Positions 1 to 9,666 of a DNA stretch of 64,000 nucleotides are shown one piece after another. The notes under the pieces were generated by a model that had not been told where the DNA came from, ran no database searches, and saw only the letters and a list, made by a program, of their open reading frames with translations. Each line of letters begins with the position of its first letter. Positions within the stretch are counted from its first letter, which is position 1. The position numbers and the translations under genes were made by a program. The DNA is from Pseudomonadota bacterium (GTDB lineage: Bacteria > Bdellovibrionota_C > UBA2361 > OMII01). The DNA lies in assembly GCA_027485595.1 (NCBI GenBank), contig JAIXQT010000075.1, forward strand, positions 44,589 to 108,588, read 5' to 3'.

Positions 1-1
1 C

Positions 2-790
2 AAGAGCCCTCTTGGACGCAATCTCTCACTCTCGCTTGGAAGTAGTGAGGTCACCCCACTTGAGCTTACTCGCGCCTATTCGGTGTTCCCTGCGAAGGGG
101 GTTCTTTTTGAGTCGGTGTTCGTCGAGAAGATCAAGGATCGGTACGGGGAGGTGCTCTATGACAGCGCCACCGAGGGCGCGGGTAACGCTCGCCAAGTTA
201 TTAGTGAGAATAGCGCATTCATCATGGCGAACATGATGAAGGGTGTTGTGGAGCATGGAACGGGCTATCGAATTAAAGAGCTTGGCCGACCGGTCGCCGG
301 CAAGACCGGAACATCAAATGATCAGATGGACACATGGTTTATCGGATACACCCCTACATGGGTGTGTGGTGTATGGGTTGGTTTTGATCAGAAGAAGCAG
401 ATCGGAGCAAAGGAGACCGGTGGCGTTGTTGCGGCTCCGATCTGGCTCTACTTTATGAGGGATTTCCTGGAGCGATCGAGCGCGGCGACGGTTGATGGCC
501 TTGAGCGGGAGGCGCGGAGCGAGGCTGAAAAGCTGGGCATTGAATACGTAGCGCCGAAGATCACCGAACAGTTGGATTTTAGCGTCCCCGATGGGGTTGA
601 ACCGTTCTGGATAAACAAATCGACCGGCGCTCGTTTGGCGCAGGGAAGCTCGGGAGCCTTTCTTGAGTACTACATCAAAGGTACCGCCCCCGAGGAGTAT
701 CCTAATCTAGGCGGCGGTTCAGAGGGGGAGGGTGATGGCGACGAGCGCGAGGCCAGCACGAGCTCCTACCTTGAGTCTCCGGATCTCTAG
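2..790 (+). CDS. mrcA: Class A penicillin-binding protein (PBP1A), C-terminal part; 5' end outside window
   Basis: Frame open from base 2 (NLSLSLGSSEVTPLELTRAYSVF); KTG motif in VAGKTGTSND, then WFIGYTP and VWVGFD. Confidence 0.9.
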   Translation, partial: KSPLGRNLSLSLGSSEVTPLELTRAYSVFPAKGVLFESVFVEKIKDRYGEVLYDSATEGAGNARQVISENSAFIMANMMKGVVEHGTGYRIKELGRPVAGKTGTSNDQMDTWFIGYTPTWVCGVWVGFDQKKQIGAKETGGVVAAPIWLYFMRDFLERSSAATVDGLEREARSEAEKLGIEYVAPKITEQLDFSVPDGVEPFWINKSTGARLAQGSSGAFLEYYIKGTAPEEYPNLGGGSEGEGDGDEREASTSSYLESPDL

Positions 791-854
791 CGCGAGGTGT
801 TGTTGGACGACCCTGGCAGCCACAGAGTATAATTGCACCGTAGCTGAGATGGCA

Positions 855-1442
855 TCATCGGCCCCCCTCCCGTATGAATACGGTTACCTTAATAATCCTG
901 TCGCCCGCTCGAAGTTCTTTGAGAGTATCAAATCCACCGACCACCTTGCCAAAAACCGTATAGTGCCCGTCCATATGCGGAGCGTCTGTGAGCAGGATGT
1001 GAAACTGGCTCCCATTTGATCGCCGCTCGGGATTAGCCCGTCGACCGGTTTTTGTATCCACATCCGGCTTGCGGGCCATGCCAACGGTGCCCAGGGTGTG
1101 GTCGCGATCGCTAAACTCTGCGGGGAGGTCGTACCCTGGCCCCCCTCGTCCATTCCCGAGCGGATCTCCTCCCTGAATCAGGTAGTCCCGCTGCGAGAAG
1201 TGAAAGGTGAGGTTCTTATAGAAGTGTTTATCGGCCAGGTACTTAAAGTTCGCCACGTGCCACGGGGCTTCCTCGGGAAAGAGCTCGAGAAAAAGCTTGC
1301 CCTTGGAGGTCTCCACGATAGCGCTACGAATTTTCAGTACCTCCCCCTTCGGCGGCATGTTAAACGGGGGATCTTTAGCGAAGGAAAGCGTGGGCGAGAG
1401 AAATGTTCCGATATAAAGGGCGAGTATGAATAGCTTTTTCAT
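855..1442 (-). CDS. Cyclophilin-type peptidyl-prolyl cis-trans isomerase with signal peptide
   Basis: AP-H-V-NF, IQGGDP, GTVGMAR, NGSQF, YTVFGKV motifs; start placed at the MKKLFIL signal peptide. Confidence 0.93.
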   Translation of the reverse strand: MKKLFILALYIGTFLSPTLSFAKDPPFNMPPKGEVLKIRSAIVETSKGKLFLELFPEEAPWHVANFKYLADKHFYKNLTFHFSQRDYLIQGGDPLGNGRGGPGYDLPAEFSDRDHTLGTVGMARKPDVDTKTGRRANPERRSNGSQFHILLTDAPHMDGHYTVFGKVVGGFDTLKELRAGDRIIKVTVFIREGGR

Positions 1443-1863
1443 GTGACGCGGAGCTACCGTACCAGGGTGGTAATTAACCCGTTCCCAGACCATTCTTAAG
1501 ACCCTGCTAAGCCTATCATGACTCCGGTCTCGTGGGCCTTTTTGTTGACTGGCGACACCGGGACTACCTGACTATAGTATACTAATGTAGGCAGCGAATG
1601 TTATCTCCTCAGCGGCTTTTTTCCTATGAAGAAACGCCATCCAGGGAGATGGTGCGTTTATCACTGTAAATCGGTTGAAGATTTCGGAGGTAAGCGCTCT
1701 TTTGGTCGGTCCCTCGAGGCTATCGGATGTCCCTCCAAGAAGCGGCTGGCTCAGTAGAAACCTCCTCGTGTGAATTCCACGGTGTTCATTCGCAGCGGGT
1801 TGATCGACCTCTTCGTTGGTTGGGACAACGTGGTCAGTTTTGCAGGTTTAACAACGTACGCGC

Positions 1864-3954
1864 ATGAGATCATCCTCCCTTTCTCGTTTTATTACCCACG
1901 TCACCCTCCAGATAGTATCCGCGTATACTTTTGCTTGTTACGTAGCTGCTGACCAACGTGAGCTCCCGCAACCACGGGGGGCCGTAGACGCCGTCCTGCT
2001 CGTAGACGCCTCTGGAAGCATGCTGAAGACAGACGCTCAGATGCTTCGGTATGAGGGGGCAAAGCTCTTTTTGCAATTTCTCGGCAAGGATGATCGGCTC
2101 GCGATTGTTAGCTTCGGTGACCAAGCCCGCGTCGTCAGCGACTTGAGGGACTTTAGTAAGGAGCCGATAAACGAGGTTGTCCAACAGATCCAATCGATCA
2201 AAACGGAGGGGCAGTACACAGATATCCTTGAGGGCGTTCGGGCAGCAGCAAGGATATTAGAGGCGAGTCCCCGTAATGACGCTGAGCAAATTATCGTCCT
2301 ACTCTCGGATGGTAAGATGGAACCGAGTCCGCAAAGCGGCACGGCGTCAACCCGAACGCTTGAACTGGTCAACCAAGTACTTCCTGAACTGAAAGCGAAA
2401 GAGATTAAGGTGCACTCACTCGCTTTTTCGGATCAAGCCGACAAGATGCTTCTGTCGGAGATATCGGCGGCTACGGACGGTTTGAATTGGTTTACCGCCA
2501 CATCTGATGATGTTCATAAATCGTTTGCGAGCCTTTTCCTTGTGGTCAAGCGTCCGCAGGTTTTGCAGATGCGCAGTAGGTCCTTCGCCCTAGACGAGAG
2601 TGTTGATGAGGCGACGTTTTATATCACTCGAGATGAGGGCTCGAAACTCAAGCTTATTAGCCCAAAGAACCAGGAGATGACGGTCGATCAAATTCCTGAT
2701 TGGGTTACGTGGTTCGCCGGTAAAAACTTTGACGTAATCACGATGAGGGAGCCTGACATTGGAGAATGGCAGGTGCAAGGAGGGGGAAATACGGAGGGCT
2801 TCGCCACAGTCCTTACTAATCTACGGCTCGTCACGGATTGGCCGGTAATCATTCGGGTGGGTGATAAAAACGTGGTACAAGCCCGACTCTATGACGGTGA
2901 GAAACCGGTGGCCTTGCCCGAGATGTCAGGAGTTGTCCAATACGCGTTTCAAGTCATGCCAACAGACCGAATCGCCGCGGCAGTTGCCAAAGATTTCTTA
3001 AACGACGAGGGAAGGGACGGGGATAGGGTCGCTCGTGATGGTATCTTCTCGCGATATTGCGTTATTCCAGAGGCTGGAGAGTACAAACTTTCGATCGTCG
3101 CTCGGGGGCCAACCTTTGAACGGTCTCAGCAGGTTCCTTTTCGGGTGCGCCCTCCACTTCTCAGCTTTAGCGTAGCCGCCGGTGGCGATCACGGGGATGC
3201 TCACGATAAACACTCGCACGAAGGCGGGGAAACGTCTGGGCATCAGGCCTCGCACGGAGAGAGCAGTGTGATCAAGGGCGATCAAAGTGGTGTTTTTCGA
3301 GTTGAGCTGAGCAAAGAGGCTATGACGTTCCGTGATGTAGAGGTCTCGGTAGAAGCGCTTTCTCAGGAGCGCAGAAAGACCGTTGTTCGTCTCAAGCGTG
3401 CTCATGGAGAGGAAGGAGGGGTGTATGAGGGGAGCATCGACACCCTACCAGAGGCTGGAACCTATACACTAACGGCCATGCTCAAAGGCATCTCAAAGAA
3501 GGGGCAGGAGATGGAGGCGGAGAGTGAGCCTCTGAAGTTTGAGCTAACGGGTTTTGTGAAAAAGCCTGATCCTACTCCCACCCCGGTTGCGAAAGAGGTT
3601 CATCCTGAGGGGCCGAGCGAAGGTAAAAAGTTTCCGATACTCCCAATCGTAATAATCAGTGCCTCAAGCGTTTTAGCGATGATCGTTGGGGTAGTTCTGA
3701 CCAAGAAAAAGAAGGGACCGGGGTCGAACGTTACGCCGTACAATCCTCCGAAACAGATGCTCGATGCGATCGCGAGCCTCGAGCAAAAACTTGCGGCTTC
3801 CGACGTGAAGGTCGGCGATGTGAAGTTGGAGTCGGAGGTCGAGGCCGAACGAGCTGAAGCGGCCACGAAATCCGAAAATTCCCCCCAAGTAGAAAACGCC
3901 CCGGAAGACGCGACGCTCCAATCCGCGGATCCTCCGCCCTCCGAGGAGAGGTAG
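1864..3954 (+). CDS. VWA-domain surface protein with C-terminal TM anchor
   Basis: MIDAS DASGS, T and LLSDG; LNDEGRDGDRVARDGIFS acidic loop; hydrophobic segment followed by KKKK. Confidence 0.85.
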   Translation: MRSSSLSRFITHVTLQIVSAYTFACYVAADQRELPQPRGAVDAVLLVDASGSMLKTDAQMLRYEGAKLFLQFLGKDDRLAIVSFGDQARVVSDLRDFSKEPINEVVQQIQSIKTEGQYTDILEGVRAAARILEASPRNDAEQIIVLLSDGKMEPSPQSGTASTRTLELVNQVLPELKAKEIKVHSLAFSDQADKMLLSEISAATDGLNWFTATSDDVHKSFASLFLVVKRPQVLQMRSRSFALDESVDEATFYITRDEGSKLKLISPKNQEMTVDQIPDWVTWFAGKNFDVITMREPDIGEWQVQGGGNTEGFATVLTNLRLVTDWPVIIRVGDKNVVQARLYDGEKPVALPEMSGVVQYAFQVMPTDRIAAAVAKDFLNDEGRDGDRVARDGIFSRYCVIPEAGEYKLSIVARGPTFERSQQVPFRVRPPLLSFSVAAGGDHGDAHDKHSHEGGETSGHQASHGESSVIKGDQSGVFRVELSKEAMTFRDVEVSVEALSQERRKTVVRLKRAHGEEGGVYEGSIDTLPEAGTYTLTAMLKGISKKGQEMEAESEPLKFELTGFVKKPDPTPTPVAKEVHPEGPSEGKKFPILPIVIISASSVLAMIVGVVLTKKKKGPGSNVTPYNPPKQMLDAIASLEQKLAASDVKVGDVKLESEVEAERAEAATKSENSPQVENAPEDATLQSADPPPSEER

Positions 3955-3959
3955 CTCTC

Positions 3960-4625
3960 ATGTCATTAATCATCTTGATTGTGGCGGTTGTTCAGTCTCT
4001 GTTGGTGGGGTTATTCCTGTTTAGGCGAGCCCTGGCTGAGGGGAGGGAGGCGAACGCTGGGAACGAGCTCGTCAAAGAGGAGCTCGCCACGAAGCGTGAT
4101 CTGTGGAACAGACTTGAGAGCCTTCGCCAGGAGATGGCGAATCCTGACGATTACGAGAAAGCTTCATCGGAGGTCAACGTCGCTCGGGAGTCCCTCAAGG
4201 CGGAGCGAGGTCGCGTCATCATTACCCAGGCGGAACTCGAGAGTGTCGAAGTTCGCTTGCGCGAGCTGGACGAGGTCAATCGAGAGCTTGAGGCAAGCAC
4301 ACTCGAGACTAAAGAGGAGCTCAAGATCCTTCAAAAGCGAGAGGGCGATCTCAAAACGAAGAATGAGGAGTTGCGAGTTCAGATAGCCAATTCGACCACG
4401 AAGCTTGAGGCCTTAATGTCTGAGATCGAGATGTCTGTTCAGATGCAGGAGCAGGTCAAGGTCATGAGGGCGGATCTCCTCAAGAGCGAGGAGCAGGTCG
4501 AAACCCTTATGAACGAGATTCAAAAAGGGAACGAGCAGTACTTTATAGCTAAGCGTCGTTACGACGCGCTCGATGTTGAGTACGCGCAGCTCTACCAGCA
4601 GTACATGGAGCAGAAGCAGAAGTAG
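3960..4625 (+). CDS. Membrane-anchored coiled-coil protein
   Basis: N-terminal TM then E/K/L/Q heptad-rich helix; starts 5 bp after the VWA gene. Confidence 0.75.
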   Translation: MSLIILIVAVVQSLLVGLFLFRRALAEGREANAGNELVKEELATKRDLWNRLESLRQEMANPDDYEKASSEVNVARESLKAERGRVIITQAELESVEVRLRELDEVNRELEASTLETKEELKILQKREGDLKTKNEELRVQIANSTTKLEALMSEIEMSVQMQEQVKVMRADLLKSEEQVETLMNEIQKGNEQYFIAKRRYDALDVEYAQLYQQYMEQKQK

Positions 4626-5093
4626 GGCATTGTTGTTGTCGACGTTCGGGTAGTCTGGGCACGTCACACATCCTTGCCGATACCAAAAACTAATTCCTGC
4701 GGTATGGGTGGTTATTCTGGATTCATTATCTCCCGGGTGGGGCTAAGAACGATTTTGACCCTGCGGATGCGTCGATTCAAAGAAAGCTGACGTTTTTAAA
4801 GGCTCTGATAAAGGCTCCATGAAAGAGCGAGGACGTATACGTTCCCCCGCGGTGTCGTAGGTAACGGCGGGTATTAAGCGCGCCGGCTGGTGCCGCCATC
4901 CCCCGTTGTCCACATAGGTAAATACCTGCCCACAGGCATCTTTCTCCCGGTGTTTGTGAAGCTCCGGTGGGCGCCCGTCTGAGCATCAGAAAAGTCATGC
5001 CTTACCCCAAGAATCGCCGGCGTATTGTATCTTGCGAGGAAAGGAAGACCTGATACGATTTTTGCTCAGTCGTCAGCGATATGGTGAGTCTCG

Positions 5094-6047
5094 ATGGCCT
5101 TCAAAATATCTCCACAAGCCGAACGAGTACTCGCTGAGGTTACTTGGAACGCGCGAGCTTCTATTGAAGATGTCGCGCGCAAACTGCGAATGCGCGCCCA
5201 TACCGTTAGGCGAACGGTGCGAAATTTGCATGAGGCCTTGGATTTTCAACCCGTTTGTTGGACCCATCCCTATCTACTTGGAAAAATACCGTTCCGAGTC
5301 TTCTTTCGACTCAAGGGGGGAACCCCACAGAGAGTGCGGGAGTTCGTGACCTTCATCAAGTCGTTGCCGCAGGTGAGTTGGTTTGTGTCCCTCATAGGAC
5401 GGTATCAGTATGGCGTCACCGTTCGAGCGGAGGGACACCTCGCTCTGTTAGAGCTCTTCGATGTTATCGACAAAAAATTTGGTGATATGATCGGGCATAA
5501 GAGCGTCTCAACAGTCGTGAGTCTTACGTGCTACTCCCCAGCTCTTGCCCACGCCGGTGTGGGATCGCGTAAGCAGCTCGAATATTCTGCAGTTGATGAC
5601 CGAGTTGAGCTGACCGAACTCGATCGTAGGCTCGTGGAGTTTCTGCGGGATAAGCCCCTTGCTAGTTTGCCAGAAGTCGGTCGGGCACTGGGGGCAAGTG
5701 CCACTACTATAGCGTATCGATTCAACCGACTCGTCAACATACAAGCGATACTTGGCTTCGGGTACGCCTACGACGCCGTTAATTTGCAGTATACTGAATT
5801 TCTCGTGTCCGTGGCGACCAAGGGGTTTGGATCCCCTTGCTTCGACGCAATAGCGAGGTTTTGCGCGGAACATGGAGGCGTCTGGTGGCTTGGTCGATAT
5901 ATAGGTCATTGGGATATCGAACTCTCTCTCAGTGTTAAGACAACTCAGGACCTTGATCTCTTTATCCAGCAACTCAACGTTATTTGTCGTGACCAAATTG
6001 AGGAGATTCACATCCACACGTTCGGTAAGCTTTACCAAGATCGATAA
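5094..6047 (+). CDS. Tandem (double) Lrp/AsnC-family transcriptional regulator
   Basis: Two HTH+RAM units: NARASIEDVARKL...GRYQY and LTELDRRLVEFL...SLPEVGRALG...GHWDIEL. Confidence 0.8.
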   Translation: MAFKISPQAERVLAEVTWNARASIEDVARKLRMRAHTVRRTVRNLHEALDFQPVCWTHPYLLGKIPFRVFFRLKGGTPQRVREFVTFIKSLPQVSWFVSLIGRYQYGVTVRAEGHLALLELFDVIDKKFGDMIGHKSVSTVVSLTCYSPALAHAGVGSRKQLEYSAVDDRVELTELDRRLVEFLRDKPLASLPEVGRALGASATTIAYRFNRLVNIQAILGFGYAYDAVNLQYTEFLVSVATKGFGSPCFDAIARFCAEHGGVWWLGRYIGHWDIELSLSVKTTQDLDLFIQQLNVICRDQIEEIHIHTFGKLYQDR

Positions 6048-6565
6048 ACTCAATCGTTTCAAACTTATGTGCTTCATGACTGATAGTCGCATGCCGGGTA
6101 AGGCTATAAACGAAGGCGACGCCCCGTAGGTTTGCCGAGCAAATAGCATATCGTAAGTAATGGCGTTCTAGTGTCCAACGTACAGAGCTACCTATGTTCC
6201 CAAGGCGCTGTCAGCGAGCAACGCTGTGAATACTTGTTGGGTTCGTCCCATTAGTTTTCTAGGGGCGTACGGGGATGGTAACCGTGCTTGAAGATAGTTT
6301 GGGAGAACGAAGAATTTCGCAAGCAGGACGCGTTTAACATTTGGTAGCTATGACATTGTAACATTTAATTCGTTCAAGTGTGAAAAGAGCATGCCGATCG
6401 ATTCTCGTGCGAGAAGCCGAACGGGTGGAACTCACTGGCAGATTTGTTGAGGACTTAGACCGGAAATACGGGGAGCTTGAGGAGGGGGCGACCGTAAACA
6501 ATAGTAACTTCCAATCACCCCCGAATATGCCTACAATTCTTAGAGCGAAACTTGGGGCCAGGATC

Positions 6566-7222
6566 ATGCTTAGATATAGGGTCGTCTTTTTACTTCAACT
6601 CGTCACGAGACACTCCTGGTGTGACCGCTCCTTGCGGACGGTAGCCGTAGTTTTTTATCTCCTGTTTGGCGTGTTCTCCTCGTTCGAAGCTGCCGCTGAG
6701 ACGCCAATAACCGTGCCTCCACTGTTTCAACTTACGTTGGACAGGATTGATGGCACAAAAGTTTCGATGAGCACTTTTTAAGGCAAGGTGATTCTCGTCG
6801 TTAACACCGCGTCGAAGTGCGGTTTCACGCCGCAGTACAAGGACCTTGAGGTCCTGTATGAACGATATCGTGATAAAGGCTTCGTAGTGCTCGGTTTTCC
6901 GAGTAATGACTTTCGGAATCAAGAGCCGGGTCAAGACGATGAGATCGCCACGTTTTGCAAGACCAGGTTCGGAGTCACCTTTCCACTGTTTAAGAAGGGT
7001 TCTGTTACTGAGCCACACATGCAGCTCTTGTATCGGACACTATTATCACAGGCCCCGGATGAATTGAGTGCCCCTCCTGCCTGGAACTTTGAGAAGATCC
7101 TTCTGAATAAGAAGGGGGTAGTGGTGGCCCGGTTTGGGTCGTTTGTTAATCCGTTGAGCGATAGGATCACCTCTGTGATTGACAAAGAGGTTGCCCCACC
7201 GATTCAAAGCGCAGCGCGATGA
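6566..7222 (+). pseudogene. Glutathione peroxidase (Cys type) interrupted by an in-frame TAA at 6779-6781
   Basis: One frame reads ...[30 protein letters not shown]...GFPSNDF...WNFEK. Confidence 0.8.
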
Positions 7223-8004
7223 ATGCTCGACTTATCCTAGTAGCACTTGCCCCAGTACTCCTCTGCACCGCGTGTACCGTATTCAAGGCTCGCCCCGCGG
7301 AGGATAGCGGGTTTCTGCCATATCCTGAACTATTAAAGCCAATGCCGGAGCGCGCGCCCTTTAACGCCGTATATGTTCCCGATCCTAAACGAATGGAGGA
7401 GCTGCGCCTCAAGTACCCATTTATTTCAGTCTTGCCGATCAACACCCTGCCTGCGGAAGCCAAGATAAGGGCCAAGCAGCTACCCTCAGGGGTTGAGGAT
7501 TCAAGGATAGCGGATGTGAGGGAGCTCAGCGCCTATTTCCATGCGCGTCTGACGAGCGCGTTCTCTGAATATGATGGAGATGGACTTTCAGCAGACGACG
7601 AACCGATTAGCGTGAGACGGTTCGCCGTACGTGATGAGCCAACGGATCAAACTCTTGTATTGGAGATCGCCATCACTGAGATTTCGCCGAATCTTCCGGA
7701 GGTATCCGCCGTTGCTACAGTCGCCGGGTTTATACTGCCGGGAAGTAGTATTATCCGGTTGTTTGGGTCAGGCAGCATCGCCATAGAGGGCATCGTGAGA
7801 GATGGAAAGACAGGTGAGCTGCTTGCCGAATTTAGAGACCGAGAGGCAGATAAATCCGCTCCGATATCGGTTCGGGATTATCAGATGTATGCTCACATCC
7901 GACGTACCTTAGACGACTGGGCCGATCAGTTGGCCGAACTTGCGGGTACCGTTCCGAGTCATCAAGTCAAAGACTCTTTGCCCTTTACCCTCGACCCCCT
8001 CTGA
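7219..8004 (+). CDS. DUF3313-like lipoprotein
   Basis: Lipobox-like LLCTAC, DSGFL, IEGIVRDGKTGELLA; ATGA overlap with the upstream gene. Confidence 0.7.
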   Translation: MNARLILVALAPVLLCTACTVFKARPAEDSGFLPYPELLKPMPERAPFNAVYVPDPKRMEELRLKYPFISVLPINTLPAEAKIRAKQLPSGVEDSRIADVRELSAYFHARLTSAFSEYDGDGLSADDEPISVRRFAVRDEPTDQTLVLEIAITEISPNLPEVSAVATVAGFILPGSSIIRLFGSGSIAIEGIVRDGKTGELLAEFRDREADKSAPISVRDYQMYAHIRRTLDDWADQLAELAGTVPSHQVKDSLPFTLDPL

Positions 8005-8173
8005 TCGCTTCACAATCTCTCATGCTTCCCCTTTCTGCTCTCTTGCCTGCTCTGTGGCGACACGATGGTAGCGACAACAGGGAGCGTCATCAGGGACAGA
8101 GGCTTCAGAACGAGTTGCGCACGGTGATTGTTACCTCCTAAACTGCTAGGAAGGCACGGCAAGGGGGGGCGAT

Positions 8174-8860
8174 TTGAGAATCATTCTTTTCGATATCGAC
8201 GGAACGTTGATCACCGCTGGAAAGGCACCCAGGCGCGCTTTTACGCAAGCCTTCCAGGAGGTCTTGGGGGTTGTTCCAGTGACTGCGGGCGTTAGGACTC
8301 ATGGAGCAACTGACCCGCAAATACGTCACGACACCGCCATGTCGACCTTTGGTCGTTCTCTGACTGATAGTGAATACGCTCGTTTCAACGCTCGGTATGT
8401 GGAGCTGCTGTATCGGGAGATAGAATGCGAAGCTGAGTACCAGGTCATGCCCGGAGTCGGAGATCTTTTGGAGACTCTTTCGCAGCGTGAAGGTGTAGCG
8501 TTGGGTCTTCAAACTGGGAACTTAGAGGAGGCTGTGCCCGCAAAACTCAACCGCGGAGGACTTACTCGCTATTTTGCGTGCGGTGGTTTCGGCACGGACA
8601 GTTCCTCTCGGCCTGAGATTATTCGCACCGCGATAGCTCGTACCATAGACGCTTATCAGATCGCCTCCGCTCAGCAAACGGATGTTATCGTCATTGGCGA
8701 TGCTCCGCAGGACGTTGGTGCGGCGATGGAGGTAGGGGTGCGTTCTATCGCGGTAACAACGGGGGTCTATTCGGCGAAGGAATTGGCGGCGGCTGGTCCG
8801 TGCACAGTTCTGGCGGACCTTTCAGATGTGCAGGGGGTGATCTCCCTTCTTGGGGTATAA
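8174..8860 (+). CDS. HAD-superfamily phosphatase
   Basis: FDIDGTL motif I, TGN motif II, K, IGDAPQDV motif IV. Confidence 0.9.
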   Translation: MRIILFDIDGTLITAGKAPRRAFTQAFQEVLGVVPVTAGVRTHGATDPQIRHDTAMSTFGRSLTDSEYARFNARYVELLYREIECEAEYQVMPGVGDLLETLSQREGVALGLQTGNLEEAVPAKLNRGGLTRYFACGGFGTDSSSRPEIIRTAIARTIDAYQIASAQQTDVIVIGDAPQDVGAAMEVGVRSIAVTTGVYSAKELAAAGPCTVLADLSDVQGVISLLGV

Positions 8861-9011
8861 CGTTGGAGTGCACTGAGCAACCCACAACCATAGAACGCTT
8901 TTGGCATCGAGAGTGGGGCGAGGTGACTCTACCGGCGGGAAGGGGAGTTGTAGAGGCTCGTTCCACGGACCGGTCACCTCTTGCATACGTGACCGGAGAC
9001 GCGCCATGGGT

Positions 9012-9452
9012 ATGATTGAGAGAGCAGACGTAACGCAAGGATCCGCATATGAGATCACCCAGCAGGAAGATTGGAGGGCCGCAGGTGAGGTCCTGGTGCA
9101 TTTGCGACCGACTTTGGACGTTGATAGTTTTGTCTCAAGAAGAGTGGAGCTTTCCGCAAAAGGCTTGCGGCTCGTTGCTGTAAAGCGGGATGGTGAGATC
9201 GTCTCAGTCGGTAGCTTCACCATCTCACCGCATATTCTGCATGGGCACGAAATGCTCGTTCACGATATGGCTACGAGGAAGCAAGAGCTCGGATGTGGCT
9301 ATGGAACCCGCGTGGTGGAACAGCTTGAGCGCATCGCAAAAGACGAGGGGTGCTTCCGTGTGTTTGTCCACACCAGAAACGCCAGTGGCTTTTATGAACG
9401 AAATGGGTATGAGCGATATTCAACCGGTATGGTGAAAACGGTGGATAGATAG
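9012..9452 (+). CDS. GNAT-family N-acetyltransferase
   Basis: VHDMAT...GCGYG acetyl-CoA loop, NASGFYERNGY; start uncertain (9006 or 9012). Confidence 0.8.
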   Translation: MIERADVTQGSAYEITQQEDWRAAGEVLVHLRPTLDVDSFVSRRVELSAKGLRLVAVKRDGEIVSVGSFTISPHILHGHEMLVHDMATRKQELGCGYGTRVVEQLERIAKDEGCFRVFVHTRNASGFYERNGYERYSTGMVKTVDR

Positions 9453-9666
9453 CAAGCTCATCGCGTTTTCGAGTGGGTGATGGCGAGCATGGAGAGGGCG
9501 TAGGTCCTTGTTTTGAGGTATAATTCGCGCCTTTCAGCATAATACCGAGTGCTACCCACTCGATTCCGCGATGACCCAGATAAAAAGCAATGCTATCGGC
9601 CGCGTTGCAGTGAAGGGGCGTGTTCACCACATCCGTTCAGGTGTCGGTGCGAGTAACGCCGGGCCT

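Noticed and set aside
6779-6830. Selenoprotein glutathione peroxidase
   Set aside because: The stop is TAA, not TGA, and lies away from the catalytic Cys (TGC)
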